From an uncultured Bacteroidales bacterium (lineage in GTDB: Bacteria > Bacteroidota > Bacteroidia > Bacteroidales > VadinHA17), in the NCBI GenBank assembly GCA_963734885.1, contig CAVTIJ010000007.1:123620-187619 (forward strand): DNA of 64,000 bases. The letters are read 5' to 3'. The position numbers were made by a program, and so were the translations under genes. The stretch's first letter is position 1; every line of letters begins with the position of its first letter. Below are positions 58,805 through 64,000 of the stretch, one piece after another. Under the pieces are notes generated by a model. That model was not told the DNA's origin. It saw only the letters and a list, made by a program, of their open reading frames with translations, and made no database searches.

Positions 58805-60331
58805 TTATTTCATAACCTTCCTGAGAATACCAAATACCCCCCTTATAAATGTGGCACTGGTAAGAACTTTTACCATTTCATCCTGAGGAGATCTGCTGGT
58901 TGCACTTCGATAAGTCGTTTGTCTGGGAGCCCGCTGTTGATCCTTTTGAACCACCTCATCAGCTTTAACTTTAGCAACACCTTCAACTTTTCTGCTTAGA
59001 ATTTCATAAGCACTATCCCTGTCTATGGTCTCGATATATTTTTTAACCAGATCTGAAGAAGAATTAATTGATGTGATCTCATCCGCGGTCAGAATATCCA
59101 TTCTGCTCACCGGAGTACGGAGCATTGTCGCAGCAAGGGGTGTCGGAATGCCCTTTTCATTTAGAGCTGTTACTAATGCTTCACCAATTCCCAGATTCGT
59201 AATTGCCTCGTCTGTTTTATAATATTCTGAAACAGGATAGTTCTCAGCAGAAAGCTTAATCGCCTTACGGTCAATAGCAGTAAAAGCCCTTAATGCATGT
59301 TGAACTTTAAGTCCAAGCTGAGCAAGAACGCCATTTGGTACATCCATTGGATTTTGAGTCACAAAAAAGATTCCTACACCTTTGGAACGAATGAGCTTAA
59401 CGATATTTTCTATCTGGTCAAGCAGTGCTTTGCTTGCCTGATTAAAGATCAGATGTGCTTCATCGATGAAAATAACAAGTTCAGGTTTTTCAACATCACC
59501 TTTTTCGGGCATCTGGTTGTAAACCTCAGCGAGGAGAGAAAGCATAAATGTCGAGAAGAGTTTTGGCTTATCCTGAATATCTGTAAGACGTATGATACTG
59601 ATATAGCCATTGCCATTTTTATCCCGCCTCATAAGATCTCTTATGTCAAACGACCGTTCCCCAAAGAAAAGGTCAGCCCCCTGCTGCTCCAGCTCAAGGA
59701 TCTTACGCAAAATTATCCCGGTTGTGGCGGTCGAAATTTTTCCGTAGTTCTTCTCAATGTCAGATTTTCCTTCTTCTGTTACATATTGTGTAACTTTCTT
59801 CAAATCTTTAAGATCAAGCAATGCCAGCTGATTATCATCACAATATTTAAATATCACGGCAAGCACGCCTTCCTGGGTATCATTCAAATCGAGAATTCGT
59901 GCAAGCAAAACCGGTCCGAATTCAGAAACTGTCGCCCTTAACCTCACACCTTCCTGTTTCGAAAGCGACATCAGTTCAACCGGAAAACCCTTTGGCGAAA
60001 ACGGAATATTAATTTTAGAATGTCTTTCAAGAATAAAAGGTTTTGATTCTCCGGGCTTTGCAACTCCGCTTAAGTCACCCTTGACATCCATCAGTAAAAC
60101 CGGTATTCCTTTCTCAGATAACTGTTCAGAAATAACCTGCAAGGTTTTGGTCTTACCCGTACCGGTTGCCCCGGCAATCAATCCATGTCTGTTCATCGTT
60201 CTTAAGGGTATTTTCACCTGGGCTTTTGCAACTGGCTGACCTTCGAGCATTGCGCATCCCAGTAAAATACTGTCTCCATTGCATCCATAGCCGTTTACAA
60301 TATATTCTGCAAATTTTTCTTTTTTATCCAT
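58805..60331 (-). CDS. DUF853 / HerA-like P-loop ATPase (YjgR family)
   Basis: RHGLIAGATGTGKTKT Walker A, VIFIDEAH Walker B. The ~500-aa size and N-terminus resemble the YjgR family. Confidence 0.8.
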   Translation of the reverse strand: MDKKEKFAEYIVNGYGCNGDSILLGCAMLEGQPVAKAQVKIPLRTMNRHGLIAGATGTGKTKTLQVISEQLSEKGIPVLLMDVKGDLSGVAKPGESKPFILERHSKINIPFSPKGFPVELMSLSKQEGVRLRATVSEFGPVLLARILDLNDTQEGVLAVIFKYCDDNQLALLDLKDLKKVTQYVTEEGKSDIEKNYGKISTATTGIILRKILELEQQGADLFFGERSFDIRDLMRRDKNGNGYISIIRLTDIQDKPKLFSTFMLSLLAEVYNQMPEKGDVEKPELVIFIDEAHLIFNQASKALLDQIENIVKLIRSKGVGIFFVTQNPMDVPNGVLAQLGLKVQHALRAFTAIDRKAIKLSAENYPVSEYYKTDEAITNLGIGEALVTALNEKGIPTPLAATMLRTPVSRMDILTADEITSINSSSDLVKKYIETIDRDSAYEILSRKVEGVAKVKADEVVQKDQQRAPRQTTYRSATSRSPQDEMVKVLTSATFIRGVFGILRKVMK

Positions 60332-60612
60332 TGTCTGAAATATTTAATCGTTTTGATCAGAAATTGCTTTCGCAAGTTACCAGATTATTAGAAATTTATT
60401 GTCGCTCTCTTCCCAATTAATTTGAACATCGATACATTTGGATGGTTCCGAATTTATGTATAACTTCGGTTACGGGAAATATCGAACAATCAGAAGTATA
60501 GCGGATTGATCCTCGGGATATTTTTAACGTTTGTTAAACAAAAAATACAAAACAGGTGTTTAATAATCACAAGGATGCAGTTTGCACCCTGAATAACTTA
60601 AACCATATTTAA

Positions 60613-61548
60613 ATGAAAAGAAAATTCTTTACAGTTGCATTATTGTTTGCAGTATTCACCGGTATTGCATTTGGACAAATCACTGATGCTGAAAAAAAAT
60701 TAAGGACACAATCTGCTGATACAGTCACCGGGTGGAAAAAAGGAGGGATTTTTTCCGCCAACCTTGCACAGACGTCACTTACAAATTGGGCAGCTGGAGG
60801 TCAGAACTCATTTGCAGCCAATGGTCTTCTCAGCACTTTTGCCAATTACAAAAAAGATAAAACTACGTGGGCAAACTCATTGGATATCGGCTATGGACTG
60901 CTTAAGCAGGGAAACACTGGCTATCAGAAAACCGATGATAAATTCGATCTGGTGTCAATCTACGGATATAAAGCTTTCAAGAATTTCTATTACTCCGGCC
61001 TTTTGAATTTCAAAACACAAATGGCTCCCGGTTACAAATACCCTGATGTAACTACAAAAATTTCCGACCTGTTTTCTCCGGCGTATTTTCTGGTAGCTCT
61101 CGGACTTGACTATAAACCAAATGACCATTTTAGCGCTTTTATTGCTCCACTGACGCTGAGAATTACTATCGTAAATGACAAAGCTCTTTCTGATGCAGGA
61201 GCATTTGGAGTAACCCCCGGCAAAAAGTCGCTAAGTGAGTTCGGTGGATACATACGTGCAATCTATACAAGGAATGATTTCAAAAGCGAGCTTCTGAAAA
61301 ATGTCACCTTTACAACAAAGGTTGATCTGTTTTCCGACTATACTCACAACCCACAAAATATTGTTGTAAACTGGGAAACTCTTCTGGCGTTTAAAATAAA
61401 TAAATTTCTTGCAGCGAGTATAAATACCCAACTCACTTATGATGACAAAATAAAAATCCCGGTGATCCGAAACGGAGAAGCAACCTCTATTGGCTCTTTA
61501 GTTCAATTTAAAGAGATCCTCGGAGTAGGTTTATCCTATAAATTTTAA
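60613..61548 (+). CDS. DUF3078-like outer-membrane beta-barrel protein
   Basis: Signal peptide, TNWAAGGQNS motif, alternating beta-strand pattern, C-terminal YKF. Confidence 0.55.
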   Translation: MKRKFFTVALLFAVFTGIAFGQITDAEKKLRTQSADTVTGWKKGGIFSANLAQTSLTNWAAGGQNSFAANGLLSTFANYKKDKTTWANSLDIGYGLLKQGNTGYQKTDDKFDLVSIYGYKAFKNFYYSGLLNFKTQMAPGYKYPDVTTKISDLFSPAYFLVALGLDYKPNDHFSAFIAPLTLRITIVNDKALSDAGAFGVTPGKKSLSEFGGYIRAIYTRNDFKSELLKNVTFTTKVDLFSDYTHNPQNIVVNWETLLAFKINKFLAASINTQLTYDDKIKIPVIRNGEATSIGSLVQFKEILGVGLSYKF

Positions 61549-61577
61549 AATATGATTATTAACAAAAAACGAATATT

Positions 61578-61979
61578 ATGAAATTAGCTGATGAGTTTAA
61601 GGCTTTTGCAATGAAAGGCAATGTCGTTGACATGGCTGTTGGTATAATTATCGGAGCAGCATTCGGGAGAATTGTTTCTTCGCTGGTAGGTGACATCATA
61701 ATGCCTCCTCTCGGATTGCTGATAGGCGGCGTCAATTTTACTGATCTGAAAGTAGTATTGAAATCAGCCATAGATGCCACTCACCCCGCCGTTACCTGGA
61801 ATTATGGGAATTTTTTGCAGGTGACTTTTGATTTTCTAATTGTTGCTTTCGCTGTTTTTATGGTTATTAAAGCAATTAATATCGCAAACAGAAAGAAAGC
61901 AGAAGCACCACCTGCTCCCCCGGAACCTACAAAAGAAGTTGTTCTTCTTTCAGAAATACGTGATTTGCTGAAAAAATAA
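61578..61979 (+). CDS. mscL: large-conductance mechanosensitive channel
   Basis: [41 protein letters not shown] is the canonical MscL N-terminus. Confidence 0.95.
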   Translation: MKLADEFKAFAMKGNVVDMAVGIIIGAAFGRIVSSLVGDIIMPPLGLLIGGVNFTDLKVVLKSAIDATHPAVTWNYGNFLQVTFDFLIVAFAVFMVIKAINIANRKKAEAPPAPPEPTKEVVLLSEIRDLLKK

Positions 61980-62056
61980 CAGCTTTTCTTCTTAAGTCCC
62001 TGGGCTAAAGGCCTTTTAACTGGCTCAAGGATACTAAGTTAAATATTATATTTCAA

Positions 62057-62155
62057 ACCTTTGTGAGCTCCGTGAAAAGCCAGGCTGAAGTCTGGCATAT
62101 TCGCTAATATGGGATACGGTTATTTCTTTAGGATCGGGTAGCTGATGGATTTCGA
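62057..62155. repeat. palindromic element, copy 14 (degenerate)
   Basis: CCTTTGTGAGCTCCGTG, internal CCAGGCTGAAGTCTGG hairpin, then ...GGTAGCTGATGGATTTCGAC tail. Confidence 0.45.
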
Positions 62156-62210
62156 CAAGTTGAATTAGGACTTTTTATTAATTTCAGGGCTCAATTAACT
62201 TAATCTGATT

Positions 62211-62615
62211 ATGAAACGAATCTATCTGATTTTTATTGGTCTGCTCGTAATTTCCGGCATTTGCTTCCCCCAGTATAAATTAACTATAGAAATAACCGGA
62301 ATAAGAAATAATAAGGGAAATATAATGCTGCAACTATTTGATTCTACTAAAAAGGTAATAAAGGAGGAAATGGGTCAGATTAAAGACAACAAATGTCTGA
62401 TTACAGTCGAAAACCTTAGTAAGGGGCAATATGCGGTAAGATATTATCATGACGAAAACATGGATGGAAAGATGGAAACAAATCTTGTAGGTAAACCCAC
62501 TGAAGGTTATGGTTTCTCAAATAATGTCATTGGGAAATTCGGACCTCCGCCGTTTGAAAAATGGTTATTTAAAGTTGATAATGACATGAAGATCAATCTA
62601 AAACCCACATATTAA
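62211..62615 (+). CDS. DUF2141 domain-containing protein
   Basis: Signal peptide. GNIMLQLFDS...GQYAVRYYHDENMDGKMETNLVGKPTEGYGFSNN...GPPPFEKW matches the DUF2141 pattern. Confidence 0.7.
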   Translation: MKRIYLIFIGLLVISGICFPQYKLTIEITGIRNNKGNIMLQLFDSTKKVIKEEMGQIKDNKCLITVENLSKGQYAVRYYHDENMDGKMETNLVGKPTEGYGFSNNVIGKFGPPPFEKWLFKVDNDMKINLKPTY

Positions 62616-62827
62616 TGGACTAAGGTCCAACCTCTTTAGTGTCCCATAACCTAATGGGCTTTAGCCCAGGAAATAACCATGCGATTAAGTCCGAGGTTAA
62701 GAGATAACCAATTCCTTATAGACTTTACATTGAATTCGGGAAATTTATTAATTTTCACCCTAAATTCGGGACAAACCTGATTATTGTAAGTCTTTAGTTC
62801 AGATTTTTAAAAATAAAACATTAAAGA

Positions 62828-64000
62828 ATGACCGCGAAAAAGTCGGCAGCAATCATCGGGGCAGGAATCGGTGGTATTGCAACAGCAATATATTTGTCAA
62901 AAAATGGCTATGAGGTATCGGTATTTGAAAAGAATTCTTCACCTGGCGGAAGATGCGGACAACTAATACGTGATGGCCATCGCTTCGATCTTGGCGCAAC
63001 TATGCTAATGATGCCGGATATCTACCGGGAGATATTTGATTCTCTGGATATTACATTGTTTGAAAATAACGACATCCAGCCTCTTGAAAACCTCTATAAG
63101 ATATATTTTGATAATAACGACGTCATTGCATTTACTACGGATAAGGAAAAGATGAAGGTTCAGCTCGAAAAAATTGAACCCGGCAGTTTTGAGAAATCCC
63201 AAAAATATGTAAACGATGGTTATGAGATATTCCAGATTGGAATCCACAAACTGATTGGACGAAATTTCTCCAATATTTTTCAGTTTGCCAATTTCAGGAA
63301 CTTAGGAATGCTCATTAAACTAAAAACTTACATTTCGAATTATAGGTATGTTAAAAAGTTCTTTCGCAATACCCATCTGAGGATGGCATACACTTTCCAA
63401 AATATCTATGTCGGTCAGAGTCCGTTTAATTCACCGGCCTTGTTTTCGATGGTCCCCGCTGCCGAGCTCACGGAAGGATCTTTTTTCCCAAAAGGAGGCA
63501 TGTATAAAATTGTCGGGAAACTCATTGATAAAGCTAAGTCCTCGGGAGTTAAGTTCCATTACAACATGCCGGTGCAGGAAATAAAAATAAATGGAAAACG
63601 GGCAGAAAGCATAATACTCCAGGATGGAACCGAAGCCAAAGCTGATATTATTGTTGCAAATGCAGATCTGCCGTACGTTTACCGGAAGTTATTACCCGAT
63701 CGGGGTAAATCCAGACAGCTTGACAGATTGAAATTTTCATGTTCTGCGATTTGCTTTCACTGGGGACTCGATAAAGTTTATCCCCAGCTTGGACATCACA
63801 GTGTTTTTCTTTCCGATGGATTCAGAGAAGGACTTGATAAGATTTTTAGAGAAAAATCAGTAAGTGATAATCCAAGCTTTTACATACATGCACCCTCAAG
63901 GACCGATCCCGATGCTGCCCCTGCCAATCAGGATACTCTTTCATTTATTGTAGGTTCAGGACATCTTGACAGCACGAAAAAACAGAACTGGGAAGAATTG
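62828..64000 (+). CDS. phytoene desaturase family protein (CrtI/CrtD-like), 3' end outside window
   Basis: ATG at 62828. AAIIGAGIGGIATAIYLSKNGYEVSVFEKNSSPGGRCG is an FAD dinucleotide-binding motif. The frame is open to the window end and is absent from the ORF track because it is truncated. Confidence 0.85.
   Translation, partial: MTAKKSAAIIGAGIGGIATAIYLSKNGYEVSVFEKNSSPGGRCGQLIRDGHRFDLGATMLMMPDIYREIFDSLDITLFENNDIQPLENLYKIYFDNNDVIAFTTDKEKMKVQLEKIEPGSFEKSQKYVNDGYEIFQIGIHKLIGRNFSNIFQFANFRNLGMLIKLKTYISNYRYVKKFFRNTHLRMAYTFQNIYVGQSPFNSPALFSMVPAAELTEGSFFPKGGMYKIVGKLIDKAKSSGVKFHYNMPVQEIKINGKRAESIILQDGTEAKADIIVANADLPYVYRKLLPDRGKSRQLDRLKFSCSAICFHWGLDKVYPQLGHHSVFLSDGFREGLDKIFREKSVSDNPSFYIHAPSRTDPDAAPANQDTLSFIVGSGHLDSTKKQNWEEL

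Noticed and set aside
61999-62670. Inverted 15-mers CCTGGGCTAAAG(G/C)CC flanking the DUF2141 gene (61999-62013 and 62656-62670): possible invertible or mobile segment
   Set aside because: A 14/15 match between any two sites in a 64-kb window is expected by chance, with tens of such pairs by a rough 4^-15 estimate. There is no recombinase nearby. Each site is more simply a local GGGC-loop-GCCC hairpin.
1-64000. Search for tRNA, rRNA, riboswitch, transposase, integrase and toxin-antitoxin signatures
   Set aside because: I found no GTTCGAATC-type T-arm context with a cloverleaf in any intergenic region. I also found no rRNA-like stretches, no DDE or tyrosine-recombinase motifs in any ORF, and no recognisable riboswitch cores upstream of transporters. 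The absence is by eye only and should be confirmed with tRNAscan-SE and Infernal.

Overview
Low-GC (roughly 38-40% by eye) chromosomal segment that looks like Bacteroidota. Evidence: TonB-dependent receptors, DUF4249/DUF3078/DUF2141-type genes, a PspC-PadR module, a TonB with an FKGG motif, lipoprotein signals, and almost no Shine-Dalgarno sites. I call about 64 protein-coding loci. They include a cellobiose phosphorylase (GH94) with two sugar MFS transporters, an M13 peptidase, a GT2-rhomboid-oxidoreductase group, and an MG2-like/TonB/CarboxypepD_reg group. There is also a VIT1 iron transporter next to a TonB-dependent receptor, mscL, and a crtI-like gene at the 3' edge. A long co-oriented plus-strand run of small detox or stress genes includes six VOC/glyoxalase paralogs, two RibD_C-type reductases, and YciI-, SRPBCC-, DinB-, GNAT- and NUDIX-type genes. 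I recognised no rRNA, tRNA, CRISPR array, transposase, integrase or phage gene. Two features are not explained by ordinary annotation. (1) A very dense family of palindromic intergenic elements is built from tandem heptads (CACAAAG...CTTTGTG) with a conserved GGTTAATGGATTT tail. There are at least 14 copies plus CTCTGTG-type variants, and paired base changes between the two arms preserve complementarity. They sit just downstream of stop codons and partly delimit cassette-like small genes. (2) Gene disruption is patchy. At least 11 genes carry frameshifts and two carry in-frame stop codons, including all three mannoside-catabolism genes, while neighbouring 1.5-2.4 kb genes are intact. Smaller items are four covarying GGAAC-N3-TCY-N3-GTTC hairpins, a 14-nt tandem repeat inside the GT2 gene, a GPH transporter with a roughly 90-aa periplasmic insert, and a translationally coupled ABC-ATPase/membrane metallophosphoesterase operon. 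All functional calls rest on motif recognition by eye. No database search was run.
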